Assembly: GCA_963707985.1 (NCBI GenBank)
Contig: CAVPRW010000020.1
Location: 1-64,000, forward strand
Direction: 5' to 3'
From: an uncultured Nitrospinota bacterium
Lineage (GTDB): Bacteria; Tectomicrobia; Entotheonellia; J063; CAVPRW01
DNA: 64,000 nucleotides
Shown here: positions 41,360 to 51,589 of the stretch, one piece after another
Layout of the letters: every line of letters begins with the position of its first letter
Numbering within the stretch: the first letter of the stretch is position 1
Program-made: the position numbers and the translations under genes
Notes under the pieces: model-generated
Told to the model about the DNA's origin: nothing
The model's input: only the letters and a program-made list of their open reading frames with translations
Databases searched by the model: none

Positions 41360-42232
41360 ATGCTGGCAGTCATGGCAATTATTTCCGGATTCAGCCTGGG
41401 AAGCATGTATGGCCTGTTAGCACTGGGATTTTCCCTAACGTATACGGTGTCAAACACGGTGAACTTCGCCCAGGGGACCTCGATGATGCTGGGCGCCGTT
41501 CTGTGTTATACCTTTGCTGTCAGCCTGAAGTGGAACGTCCCGACTAGCATTGGCTTGACAATACTCCTCTGCGCCCTGTGGGGTTTGCTGGTGGAACGCG
41601 TCACCGTGCGTCCGTTTGTGAGCCGCGGATCATCGGCTTGGCTTATGGCCACACTAGCCCTGGGCATTGTGCTGGAGAACGCTGTCCTTTTCACTTTTGG
41701 CAAGGAACCGCGTAGTCTGCACTCATCGCTGGCGGTGCACCCGGTGTCCATCGCTGGTCTGCGAGTGTACCCATTAGAGATCTTGATCCCCGTGGTCGGG
41801 CTACTGGTGGCACTGGCCTTACATCTGGTGTTTCGCGGCACTCTCTGCGGCAAAGCCTGGCTCGCGGTCGTACAGAATCCGGATGCCGCCCGATTGATGG
41901 GGATCAATGTCACGGGCACGATCGCCGCCGCTTATGCGGTGTCGACCGTGTTCGCCGGTGGGGCCGGGATGTTGATGGCCCCCTTGTTCAACGTGTCCTC
42001 AGACATGGGGACCTTGTTCGGCATCAAAGCGTTTGCTGTTGCCATCCTCGGCGGCATCGCTAGTGGCTGGGGCGTGATGCTTGCGGGCTGCGCCTATGGC
42101 GTGATCGAAGCCCTCGTCACTGCCCTGTTCGGCTCGCTTTACACCCACGTTGTGACATTCACCCTGGTGATCATCGCCCTGACCTGCATGCCGCATGGGC
42201 TGTTTGGCCGTGCGGCGGTGAAAAAAGTATGA
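41360..42232 (+). CDS. ABC permease, LivH-like
   Basis: G..YGLLALGFSL, NFAQG, AARLMGIN, KAFAVAILGG. Confidence 0.92.
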   Translation: MLAVMAIISGFSLGSMYGLLALGFSLTYTVSNTVNFAQGTSMMLGAVLCYTFAVSLKWNVPTSIGLTILLCALWGLLVERVTVRPFVSRGSSAWLMATLALGIVLENAVLFTFGKEPRSLHSSLAVHPVSIAGLRVYPLEILIPVVGLLVALALHLVFRGTLCGKAWLAVVQNPDAARLMGINVTGTIAAAYAVSTVFAGGAGMLMAPLFNVSSDMGTLFGIKAFAVAILGGIASGWGVMLAGCAYGVIEALVTALFGSLYTHVVTFTLVIIALTCMPHGLFGRAAVKKV

Positions 42233-44718
42233 CACGTCCAGGCTGGGTAGCTAGCGCTGGCCTGCTCGGGCTAACGCTGGCTTTCTGTTACATGGGCAAT
42301 AGCTACCACGTATTTCTGCTGGCCTTGGTGGGCCTGAGCACAATCGTGGGGACCGGGCTCAATGTCCTGTTCGGCCTGAGCGGGCAGGTCTCGTTAGGTC
42401 ACGTTGGTTTCTATGCGATTGGAGCCTATACGAGCGCGATTCTGACGACTACAGTCGGTGCCAGTTTCTGGCTGGCATTGCCCGCAGCGCTCCTGCTGGC
42501 GGGACTGATCGGGACCGTGCTGGCGCTGCCAGCATTACGAGTAACCGGGCCCTATCTTGCCATGGTAACGATCGCCTTCGGGTTTATCATCGAACATGGC
42601 GCGGTTGAATGGCGAGGTCTCACGGGCGGGGCCAACGGCCTGATGAACATCCCGCTTCCCACGGCCTTCGGCTACGTCTTTGATGAGCGCGACGTGGTTG
42701 CCCTGATCGTTGGATGCACCGCCATCGTGCTGTGGTTGTTCTGGCGTTTGAGTGTGAGCCCATGGGGGCTGGCTCTGCGGGCCGTCCGCGACGCCGAGGT
42801 GGCAGCCCAAGGGCTCGGTCTCAATCCGCTGGTGCTGCGCACCGTGGCGTTTTCGCTGTCCGCCGTGGCCGCAGGGCTGGCAGGCGCGCTCTTTGCCCCA
42901 TTGACGACGTTCGTCAGCCCCAGTGCCTTCCCGTTTGTGCAATCGATTCTGTTTCTCCTCGCGGTCATCCTCGGCGGGGCGGGGATGGTGTGCGGACCTC
43001 TCATTGGTGCAGTCCTGATTGTCCTCCTCCCGGAGACCTTGTCGAGCCTAGCGGAATACCGCTTGTTTTTCTTCGGCGTGCTCCTTCTTGGAGTCCTCCG
43101 CATGGCCCCAGGAGGCGTGGCTGGCGTGATTGCCGATCGGCTTCGTCGATCGTGCCCTGGAGTCTGGCCAGAGACTGCTATCGACGTGGCAGTCTGGCTG
43201 GGACAGCGGGCACATGGCCAGGCTCTCCAAGTCGAGGGCTTGTCGCTGGCCTTCGGTGGTGTGCAGGCGGTGGCTGACGTGGGCTTTACAGCTCGCTCCG
43301 GGCAGATTACCAGTCTCATTGGGCCCAACGGTGCGGGCAAAACCAGTGTCATCAACGTGCTGAGCGGATTTTACCCGCCAGACGACGGTGTCGTCGCGCT
43401 GGGAGAGCAGCAGGTGCTTGGTCTGCCTTCGCATGCGATCGTGCGGCTGGGGATAGCACGTACCCACCAGGCCAGCCAGTTATTTCCGACCCTTTCTGTG
43501 CTCGAGAACCTCCTCATCGCCCTGCGGTGCGGCAGATTAGGCGCGCTTCTGCCCATGCACGGCGGTGTCCGGGATGAGGGTGAACCGGTGCAGCTTGCCC
43601 AGGGGCTCCTAGCCTTCGTGGGCTATGATGGTGCGGTGGAACGTCCGGCTGGAGGGCTCGCCCACGTCGACAAGCGGGTCGTGGAGATCGCGCGGGCTCT
43701 AGCGACACAACCGCAAGTGCTCCTCCTTGACGAACCAGCCGCCGGCCTGGGACCACAAGATATCGAGCGCCTGGGCAAGCTCCTGCGGCAGGTAGCCGAG
43801 GCTGGGATGGTTGTGGTCCTGGTCGAGCATCACATGTCATTGGTGATGGGCCTGTCAGACCATGTCGTCGTGCTGGACGCCGGCCGAGTCATCGCTGCCG
43901 GCAGCCCGGCACACGTGCGGCAGGATAAGGCTGTCCGCAAGGCCTACCTCGGCGAGCGCGCACACAAAGAGCTCACACGACCATCCACAGCAGGCAGACG
44001 TCAGGACGGTGTGCTCCTGGTCCATCAGCTCAGTGCGGGTTATGGCACGGCTCCAGTGTTACACGACGTAGACCTCACGGTGCACACCGGAGAACTGGTC
44101 GCCGTTCTGGGGGCCAACGGAGCTGGGAAATCGACCTTGATGCGCGCCCTCAGTGGCTTACACCGACCGGTGCAGGGGATTGTGCAGCTCGATCGCCAGG
44201 ACATCACCACTTCTACAGCCCATCGCATCGCCAGCGCCGGGCTTATCCTGGTGCCAGAAGGTCGTCAGGTCTTTCCCGAATTGACCGTCTTGGATAATAT
44301 CCGCCTCGGGGCATACAGTCGTCCCGGATTCGACGCCTCACGAGATCTCGAATCACTGTTGGCACGCTTCCCGGCGCTCACGCCACGGTTGCATGCACGG
44401 GCGGGCTTGCTCTCTGGGGGTGAGCAGCAGATGTTGGCTATTGCCCGTGGGCTGGTCGCTAGACCGACACTACTGCTGCTCGACGAGCCTTCTCTCGGTT
44501 TGGCACCAGTGCTGATCGATACGCTGTTTGGCGTGCTAGCAGCGTTGCGCAAGGGTGGGATCACCGTTCTGCTGGTCGATCAGCGGGTGGATTTGGCTCT
44601 GATGGTGGCCGATCGGGGCTATGTCCTGCAGAACGGACAGATGGTGCGAGAAGGTGCCGCCACTGACCTCCGCAATGATCCAGCGCTTGAAAAAGCCTAT
44701 CTTGGGGAGTTTGACTGA
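42229..44718 (+). CDS. Fused LivM permease + two ABC ATPase domains (LivG/LivF-like)
   Basis: GQVSLGH, GGANG; two Walker A (GPNGAGKT, GANGAGKS); LLDEP twice; LSGGEQQ. Confidence 0.93.
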   Translation: MTRPGWVASAGLLGLTLAFCYMGNSYHVFLLALVGLSTIVGTGLNVLFGLSGQVSLGHVGFYAIGAYTSAILTTTVGASFWLALPAALLLAGLIGTVLALPALRVTGPYLAMVTIAFGFIIEHGAVEWRGLTGGANGLMNIPLPTAFGYVFDERDVVALIVGCTAIVLWLFWRLSVSPWGLALRAVRDAEVAAQGLGLNPLVLRTVAFSLSAVAAGLAGALFAPLTTFVSPSAFPFVQSILFLLAVILGGAGMVCGPLIGAVLIVLLPETLSSLAEYRLFFFGVLLLGVLRMAPGGVAGVIADRLRRSCPGVWPETAIDVAVWLGQRAHGQALQVEGLSLAFGGVQAVADVGFTARSGQITSLIGPNGAGKTSVINVLSGFYPPDDGVVALGEQQVLGLPSHAIVRLGIARTHQASQLFPTLSVLENLLIALRCGRLGALLPMHGGVRDEGEPVQLAQGLLAFVGYDGAVERPAGGLAHVDKRVVEIARALATQPQVLLLDEPAAGLGPQDIERLGKLLRQVAEAGMVVVLVEHHMSLVMGLSDHVVVLDAGRVIAAGSPAHVRQDKAVRKAYLGERAHKELTRPSTAGRRQDGVLLVHQLSAGYGTAPVLHDVDLTVHTGELVAVLGANGAGKSTLMRALSGLHRPVQGIVQLDRQDITTSTAHRIASAGLILVPEGRQVFPELTVLDNIRLGAYSRPGFDASRDLESLLARFPALTPRLHARAGLLSGGEQQMLAIARGLVARPTLLLLDEPSLGLAPVLIDTLFGVLAALRKGGITVLLVDQRVDLALMVADRGYVLQNGQMVREGAATDLRNDPALEKAYLGEFD

Positions 44719-44895
44719 GTCTCGTGCACACCTCTGCTCACCCTGCTCACCCGCGCCGTCGTGAGGCAGGACTGGGTGAAGGGGCGATGCCACTGGGAGA
44801 TGTTGATGGCGCGCAGTCTTATGAGCCACCGGATGAGCATGCCGGTGGTCGGTGAGCCGTTGATGTACTACCGAGGCACATGAGGAGAGTCGGAT

Positions 44896-45891
44896 ATGCC
44901 ATTGGAGACTGTGCCGATTATCGACATGGCGCCCTACCGCACAGGTCTAGAGGTGAGGAAGCGGGCGATAGCCGGACAAATTGGCGAGGCCTGCCGCGAC
45001 ATCGGTTTTCTGGTCATCACTGGGCATGGCGTCTCGCCCGGATTGATCGATGCCGTGGACGATGTCTCGCGAGCCTTTTTCGACCTACCGCTACAAGAGA
45101 AAATGCGTGTGGCACGCCCGGCACCGGACGTGACTCGGGGCTATATCCCCACCGAGGGCGAGAGTGTGGCCCGGAGTCGGGGCGAATATGCCCCGGGAGA
45201 TTTGAACGAATCCTTCATGATTGGGCCAATCGACGTGGGGGATGACGAGTACTATCGCTGTCCCGCGGCGGGAAAACATTTCTACCCCAATCTCTGGCCC
45301 GAACGTCGCCCCGCTCTACGCCAAGTCTATACAGCATATTATCGCGTCATGTCGGACCTCGCCCGCACCATGATGCGCCTCTTTGCCCTTGCCCTCGACC
45401 AACCCGAAACCTTCTTTGACGACAAGATCGACAAACACATCAGCCGTCTGCGGGTACGGAACTATCCTGCCCCACAGGTGCCTCCGCAGCCGGGGCAACT
45501 CCGTGCTGGCGCTCACACCGACTATGGGAGCCTCACCATCCTAAAGACGGAGGACAAACCGGGTGGGCTTCAGGTGTACACCAAAACTGGTATCTGGGTA
45601 GACGTACCCATCGTGGCAGGCTGCTTCATCGTGAATCTCGGCGATCTCATGGGACGCTGGACGAATGACCAGTGGGTTTCCACGTTACACCGTGTGGTGA
45701 ATCCACCCATGGAATCAGCCTCCATGAGCCGGCGTCAGTCTTTGGTGTTTTTCCACAATCCCAACTACGACGCCGTGATCGAGTGCATCCCGAGTTGTCA
45801 GGGACCAGGCAATCCTGCCAGATATCCGGTGACAACGTCAGGCGAGCATCTGCGCACGCAGTTCGTCCGCACGCAGACGCAGGCAGGGTAG
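44896..45891 (+). CDS. 2OG-Fe(II) oxygenase, isopenicillin-N-synthase-like
   Basis: HTDYG, VNLGD..RWTND, HRVVNP, RQS. Confidence 0.94.
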   Translation: MPLETVPIIDMAPYRTGLEVRKRAIAGQIGEACRDIGFLVITGHGVSPGLIDAVDDVSRAFFDLPLQEKMRVARPAPDVTRGYIPTEGESVARSRGEYAPGDLNESFMIGPIDVGDDEYYRCPAAGKHFYPNLWPERRPALRQVYTAYYRVMSDLARTMMRLFALALDQPETFFDDKIDKHISRLRVRNYPAPQVPPQPGQLRAGAHTDYGSLTILKTEDKPGGLQVYTKTGIWVDVPIVAGCFIVNLGDLMGRWTNDQWVSTLHRVVNPPMESASMSRRQSLVFFHNPNYDAVIECIPSCQGPGNPARYPVTTSGEHLRTQFVRTQTQAG

Positions 45892-46045
45892 GGACCCGAC
45901 TCGGTGAGGGCTGGCAGGAGAGCCGCCCCTGAGAAGATCGAGGCTCATCCACCCGCCAAGGTCGACGGCAGGCGCGGGCGGACAACGCGACAGCGATCTG
46001 CTCTCGCTGCTGGGAGGAGATGAGTGGAATCATCATGAGCGAGTC

Positions 46046-46336
46046 TTACGGCAATAGGGTGTAGAGGAGAATGGACCTTGGGGCCTCCCTGCGGGCCGCG
46101 AATAATTCCATAGCACTTCCGGTTGGAGGCTTTTGGAGCATTTCGCGTTGCGGATCCCACCGCTCGTTGCCCAACTGAGGGCGCTCACTCCTGTACCTCA
46201 TGTGAAGGGATTGAAACCCTCGGAAAAGGTGGCGGCACCACATGAGCTGTCGGTTCAGCAGCGCTTTCTGCCTCAGAACGGACACCCGAGCTGAGAGCTG
46301 CGGATGAGTCGGGATCGCGTGCGTTGGCGCGTGCAT
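46046..46336 (-). CDS. Hypothetical protein (96 aa)
   Basis: AGGAGG RBS before ATG; sigma-54-type site upstream. Confidence 0.4.
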   Translation of the reverse strand: MHAPTHAIPTHPQLSARVSVLRQKALLNRQLMWCRHLFRGFQSLHMRYRSERPQLGNERWDPQREMLQKPPTGSAMELFAARREAPRSILLYTLLP

Positions 46337-46465
46337 AGTTGTTCCTCCTGTTGGGTGTTGCGACAGCCGTAAGCCGTCCCCCCGGAATCCACAAGGGGGC
46401 GACCTCGATCGTCATTCCCCGGCAACCGTTACCTACGGGGCCAGCTGCATACCTCCTGAAAATAA

Positions 46466-46482
46466 AGCAACAGCCATGCCAG
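46466..46482 (-). promoter_or_regulatory. Sigma-54 (-24/-12) promoter
   Basis: Minus strand CTGGCATGGCTGTTGCT, near consensus. Confidence 0.65.
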
Positions 46483-46740
46483 CTCTTTGCCTATCCCAGT
46501 GTGACCGTGATCGCGTCATTATGTGGTTGTTTTAAGAGGTGTTTCGAATGAGGCGTGGGGAGGCTTCGTCCTTGGGTAGGGATGCCTGGGCGCCACCACT
46601 CGCAGCACCCACCCCCATTTCTGGGGGTTCGAGTGGGGCTCTTCCCCCAGCACCCCCACTTGTGGGGACAGGCGGCAGATGGAGTTCGATGGCTGGCGTT
46701 GGCATTGGCGCGCTGTGGTGTCGCGCTCGGGGACATGCAG

Positions 46741-46836
46741 ATGCTGGATGGAGCTATTGCGACCACCCACATCTACAGTGTCGCCGGCCTCACCGGCGAC
46801 CGCGCGGCGCGTGTCACCACGCACCCGCGTCGCACC
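46741..46836 (+). pseudogene. comM: Short ComM/YifB (Mg-chelatase-like ATPase) internal remnant
   Basis: AIATTHIYSVAGLTGDRAARVTTHPRR resembles ComM A.ETT.IHSVAGL....VT.RPFR. Confidence 0.6.
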
Positions 46837-46913
46837 TCGCCTCCGCTCGCGATGGGTGAGGACGGTGATCTTCTGCGGCTGCCTGCGGCCTACGGAGCAT
46901 GGCTTGGAACGGT

Positions 46914-48458
46914 TTACTTCAGCCGCACATCCTCGTAGGGGGCTGAGTAGATATAGAGCGGGATCAGGCCAAGCCCTGACTCCGCAACCCGCGGACCCAC
47001 GCCACTCAGGAAAGCCAACTGCCAGTTTGGGATAAACAAGGCCTTCTCCTGTATGATGCGCTGGATCTGGTGTAGGATGGCTTCCCGTTTGGTGGAGTCC
47101 CGTTCGTTTGCCTGCTGGCGAAAGAGTTCGTCGATCTCCGGCACGCTGCCCACCGCAAAGGTGCCTCCGCCCAATACGAACGCCTCGATGCGGGTGGCCG
47201 CATTGCCATAGGACCCGCTACCGCCATAACTGAGATGCTTTAGCTGCTGTTCCCGGCGCGCTGTGTTAAACGCCGCACGCTCCATCAGGCGCACTTTGGT
47301 GCGAATGCCAACCGCCCCTAGGTAATTGGCGACCCCTTCGGCCAGCGACCCATACGGTGGCCCGACGGCGATTTCTCCGCCGTCGAAGCCGTTGGGGAAG
47401 CCGGCTTCGCGCAACAGCTGACGGGCTTTCTCAGGATTATAGGCGGGAGGCTCCAGGGGGAGCGCAAAATCGAAGTCGGGCGGGATGATACTGCCCAGCG
47501 GTTTCGAGTATCCTAGGCTTTCGGCGTCGCTGAGGGTCTGCCGATCGATGGCATGATTTGCGGCGCGCCGCACGCGCACGTCCGCCCATGGGGAGGTGGG
47601 ATCCCATTGCGCGAAAATGTCCACCCATTGGGTAACAGTACCCAGCACGGGAACCAGTTTCAGATTCGGGTCGCGCTGGATCTCCTCCGCCACCGCGCCC
47701 AGTACCCCATAAGCAATGTCCGCTTCCCCCCGCTTCAGCATGGCCAATCGAGTGGTGTCCTCGGGGATGCTCTTCAGTACGAGCCGCTTGATATGCGGCA
47801 CCTTGCGCCAATAGCTCTCATTGGCCTCCAGGATTAGGCCGATGCCGGGGTCCTGACTCACAAATTGATAAGGCCCCGCCCCGACCGGGTGTTGCTTGAA
47901 CCCATCACCTCCGACCTTCTCGATGTACGCCTTGGGCACGATCCATGCTGCCCCCGTCGCGGGGGTGGCATACGTAGCCATGAAGTCTGGCCATGGTTCA
48001 TGCAAGTGGAACCGGACGCGATGGGGATCGACCGCCTCGACCTCCCGCACCCGAGTCTTCAACTCATTGGCCGCGGCACCTTTGTAGCGTTGGAAACTGA
48101 AGACCACGTCCGCCGCAGTGAAGGGATCGCCATTATGGAAGCGTACCCCCTGCCGCAACCGAAACTCGTAGACCAGCCCATCCGGACTCTCGGTCCACGA
48201 CTCTGCCAGGCTGGGGGTCATGATATTCCCCGGCATCGGTTTCACCAGCGCATCGTGCAGGGCATAGTAGAACAGCATGGGCGTGATGATCCCTTGATGC
48301 TCCGCCGGCTCAAAGTAGGTAGGCGCGATCGTAAAGTGGATTGCCCAGGTGACCTGGCCTTGAGGGGTTGCCTGCGCCGCGTGAGCCGTTCCAACCCCGC
48401 ACCACAGCGCCACCAGCGCTATCCAACTGACAACTGCCCATCGGATCTTCCCCGTCAT
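46914..48458 (-). CDS. Orphan ABC substrate-binding protein, family 5 (peptide/nickel)
   Basis: Signal peptide, LAESW..S.DG..Y.F.LR.GV.FHNG.PFTA.DV, PVGAGPY, RVRRA..HAIDR. Confidence 0.93.
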   Translation of the reverse strand: MTGKIRWAVVSWIALVALWCGVGTAHAAQATPQGQVTWAIHFTIAPTYFEPAEHQGIITPMLFYYALHDALVKPMPGNIMTPSLAESWTESPDGLVYEFRLRQGVRFHNGDPFTAADVVFSFQRYKGAAANELKTRVREVEAVDPHRVRFHLHEPWPDFMATYATPATGAAWIVPKAYIEKVGGDGFKQHPVGAGPYQFVSQDPGIGLILEANESYWRKVPHIKRLVLKSIPEDTTRLAMLKRGEADIAYGVLGAVAEEIQRDPNLKLVPVLGTVTQWVDIFAQWDPTSPWADVRVRRAANHAIDRQTLSDAESLGYSKPLGSIIPPDFDFALPLEPPAYNPEKARQLLREAGFPNGFDGGEIAVGPPYGSLAEGVANYLGAVGIRTKVRLMERAAFNTARREQQLKHLSYGGSGSYGNAATRIEAFVLGGGTFAVGSVPEIDELFRQQANERDSTKREAILHQIQRIIQEKALFIPNWQLAFLSGVGPRVAESGLGLIPLYIYSAPYEDVRLK

Positions 48459-49057
48459 CGATATCTCTCCTCTTGGCATCATGTGTTACATGCAGGGCAA
48501 GGTCTACGACTTTCCTGTCCCAGATATCGCCGATCTCTAGCTGTCCGTCCTCCGAGACCCCAGACCAGAGGTCCAGAGCGCTGAGGCCGGACTATCTATG
48601 TCGGTCTCTTGACTTCGTGTGATTTTACACTAACTTGACTCCATTCGAGCCACTCCAGCGAAATTTTTCCTCCGGAGTGCTCTCGCTCGCTTCCGCAGCA
48701 AAGCGTGCACCGTGCTGTGTTGAATTGGCCGATGCCCGAGCGTTCCGCCCAGGGATGGTCCAACGGCATCCCACTGCGGCACGGATCAGCGCCCCGCAGC
48801 TTATGAGGATAGCGGGGACATGCGTGCCACAACCCGGCCAGGCTATGCTATAAACGCCACTCATCAACGGCGCTAGGGACATCGTGGCAGGCCCAAACGC
48901 CACCGCTGGCGGGCCTATTGCGAATATACCTAAGAATGATCAAGGTTAGGGACGGGTCAGCCTGGAGTACATTCTGCTACAGATGGTAGCGCGTTGGCCA
49001 TGAAGGAAGATGATCCTGCCGCGGCCGGGTGACGTTCGGCACGCTTTGGAGGGCAAT

Positions 49058-50143
49058 ATGACGCAGTGGACACCTGACACGGAGCGTGATGCACTGGCCC
49101 GGCGCTTTGTGCGCTTCGCCGACCAGGAGTGCGGCGACTATGCGCCGTTCTACGATCAATTGGCGCGCGGGATCGCCCGCGATCCGGACCTGCTCACCAT
49201 CGCGGCGCACTCCCGGAGCGGACAACAGGCGCCCAATCTGTTCCTAGCAGCGGTGCACTACCTGCTGCTGCGGGGCTCTGACCACGCGCTCACCGCGTTC
49301 TATCCCAGTGTGGCGCACCTCACGGCTGTGCCGCCGGGCGATCCTGTGCCCGCCTTCCATTCGTTCTGCCAGGACCACCGGGCCGCACTCATCGAGCTGA
49401 TCTCCACAGGTCTAGTCCAGACCAATGAACCGCAGCGGTGCACTGTCCTGCTACCGGCCTTCGCCACGGTGGCGCGCCTGACAGGCGGCACGCCATTGGC
49501 GCTGATCGAGGTCGGGGCCAGCGCCGGCCTCAACCTGCTGTTTGATCGCTACAGCTACGACTACGGGGCGGGACGGTCCGCAGGGGATCCCAGGTCGCCC
49601 GTCCGGTTTGCCTGTGCACTACGCGGTTCGGGGCTGCCGCCGATTCACGCGGATATGCTGCATGTGGGTACACGTCTCGGCATCGACCTCAACCCCATAG
49701 ACGCCGATGACCCACAGGCCTTGCTCTGGCTTCGTGCCCTAGTCTGGCCGGAGCACCCGGAGCGAGCGGTTCGGTTGCAGCAGGTCTTGACGCTGGCACA
49801 GCGCGAGCCACCTCGGCTTATTGCCGGGGATGCCCTAACGGTCCTGCCCGAGGCTGTCGCGGACGTCCCTGGGGGCACGGCCCTCTGCGTCTTCCATACC
49901 GCTACTCTGGCCCACTTCCCTCCCGAGGCGCGGGAGCGCTTTCGCTCGCTCATCCCTGAGCTCGCCCGCCAGCGCGACCTGTTCTGGCTGGCGAGCGAAG
50001 GCTCTGGGGAGCTAGGGCGGAGGGGGCAGTATGCGACCATCCTGACGGCGTTTCAAAACGGCCGCAGAACAGAGCATCAGCTGGCGTACAGTCACCCGCA
50101 CGGAGCCTGGCTCGAATGGCTGGACAACGGGGGTAGTGGGTGA
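49058..50143 (+). CDS. DUF2332-family protein
   Basis: N.FLAAVH, VQTNE..R, EVGASAGLNL.FDRY, WLRALVWPEH, HPHG.W. Confidence 0.88.
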   Translation: MTQWTPDTERDALARRFVRFADQECGDYAPFYDQLARGIARDPDLLTIAAHSRSGQQAPNLFLAAVHYLLLRGSDHALTAFYPSVAHLTAVPPGDPVPAFHSFCQDHRAALIELISTGLVQTNEPQRCTVLLPAFATVARLTGGTPLALIEVGASAGLNLLFDRYSYDYGAGRSAGDPRSPVRFACALRGSGLPPIHADMLHVGTRLGIDLNPIDADDPQALLWLRALVWPEHPERAVRLQQVLTLAQREPPRLIAGDALTVLPEAVADVPGGTALCVFHTATLAHFPPEARERFRSLIPELARQRDLFWLASEGSGELGRRGQYATILTAFQNGRRTEHQLAYSHPHGAWLEWLDNGGSG

Positions 50144-50332
50144 ACAAGGTCTGCGAGCGCGAGATCTCGGGCGTGGCAGAGAGGCAATGCCAACGCTCGT
50201 GTGTCACAGTGCCGTCAGAAGTACGTTACCGGAGTCGCCCGGTGTTCGAATACAGGTCCTACCGACGGAAGGGTCCCCTCCCTGCCGCATATGCGTGGGT
50301 CGAGGACGTCAGCCAGAACAGGTCGCGCTGGC
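49968..50332. repeat. Perfect 23-bp inverted repeat (49968-49990 / 50310-50332)
   Basis: GCCAGCGCGACCTGTTCTGGCTG and its reverse complement. Confidence 0.9.
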
Positions 50333-50640
50333 CTTCTGGGGTATTATCCAGGGGCTCAGTCACAAACTCGACCAAGACGCCATGATGCTCCACCTCATTA
50401 AGAATGACGCCGAGATGGACCGGATCGCGACTCAGGCGATCGATGGCACAGGCAATCACCACCGCCACGGCGTGCTGCCGAATCGCCTCTCGGAGTTCGT
50501 TCAAGTGCGGACGCTCCCATAGTTCGGTGCCGGAATATACCTCACGATAGACCTGCGTCTCATCGACCAGGTAGCCATGCGCTCCCGCGTATTGTCGGAA
50601 CTGTGCTTCTTGGGTCACCAGCGAGGTGCCGTCTTCCTCT
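50333..50640 (-). pseudogene. Serine recombinase catalytic-domain fragment (both ends missing)
   Basis: EDGTSL.TQ, SG....RP.L, IDRLSRD, FVTEPLDNTPEG; catalytic YxRVS absent. Confidence 0.85.
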
Positions 50641-51003
50641 GAGACCGATGATTACATCAGCGCTTCCTTGCTCGTTGTAAACCGTGACGCGGACCCGATA
50701 TCTTCCAGGGGCGAGACGCCATGCCGGATTCTGCCACTTTGGGAAATAGTGGCTCTCGTTCGTGAAGATGTAGCAATCCGGTTCACCTTCGAACTTCACT
50801 ACGATTGACATCGATTCATCGAAGTGGCCATGGACATCAATTTTTCGCGCTTGCATAATTCGTGCAGGGTCCTGCAGATTACCCGCTCGGCCCTGCGAAA
50901 TAACGGGGAGCAGAGGTTCTGGTTGCGAAGTCCAACGAGCCTGAATGTCACCAATGAAAGCTTTGGTAAGGTTATATGGTTTCGCTGAACAATCGCGCTG
51001 CAA
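50640..51003 (-). pseudogene. Hypothetical gene fragment
   Basis: Lower-GC open frame with no clear start, fused to recombinase debris. Confidence 0.4.
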
Positions 51004-51009
51004 CGGCCG

Positions 51010-51477
51010 TTACCGGCGAGACGCCATCATTTCCGACAGTTCTCGTTCAAACTTGACTAATACCTGCTGGTGGGTGGCAACGGCCTCTTCGAGGGGCCAA
51101 GCTTCCGCCGCATTTCCCGTCCTATGTGCATCGGCGATCGCGGCCTTTTGCCTGACAATGACTTCCTTCATGATGGGAATCCCCATGCACAGGGTATGGA
51201 GGCGGCCTTGAACGTCGGAGGTATAGAGCGTGAGCATCCGTCGTGTCATCTCGAACAGCTTGGGCATTGCCGCGTTCGCGGCGTCTTTCGCCACAACGCG
51301 CATGACTGCCTCGCACCTCCGCTGTGCGTCAACCCCCGCAGCCATGAACGTGAGCTGTGATGGGGCTGCGGACGTTAAGGCTGCCTTTGTCACCATCAAC
51401 ACGAGGCTCACGATGATGATGGCTGAGGGGTTCAAGGCGCGCTTGGTCCATGCGTGCGTGGATGCCCATGTCTCCAT
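51010..51477 (-). CDS. Hypothetical protein with N-terminal hydrophobic segment
   Basis: 155-aa ORF with GAGGGGG RBS. Confidence 0.5.
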   Translation of the reverse strand: METWASTHAWTKRALNPSAIIIVSLVLMVTKAALTSAAPSQLTFMAAGVDAQRRCEAVMRVVAKDAANAAMPKLFEMTRRMLTLYTSDVQGRLHTLCMGIPIMKEVIVRQKAAIADAHRTGNAAEAWPLEEAVATHQQVLVKFERELSEMMASRR

Positions 51478-51589
51478 GACTCACCCCCTCGTTGGTACCC
51501 AATTTTCCACCTGGATTAGCGGTCAGATGCTCCTCAACCCTCTGGAGCTCGAAGAAGCTGCCGACTCTCACCGCCTCTTCAAACCCCTC

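Noticed and set aside
48596..48903. Tyrosine recombinase remnant (LGHRPIQH)
   Set aside because: Single weak motif with no supporting upstream motifs.
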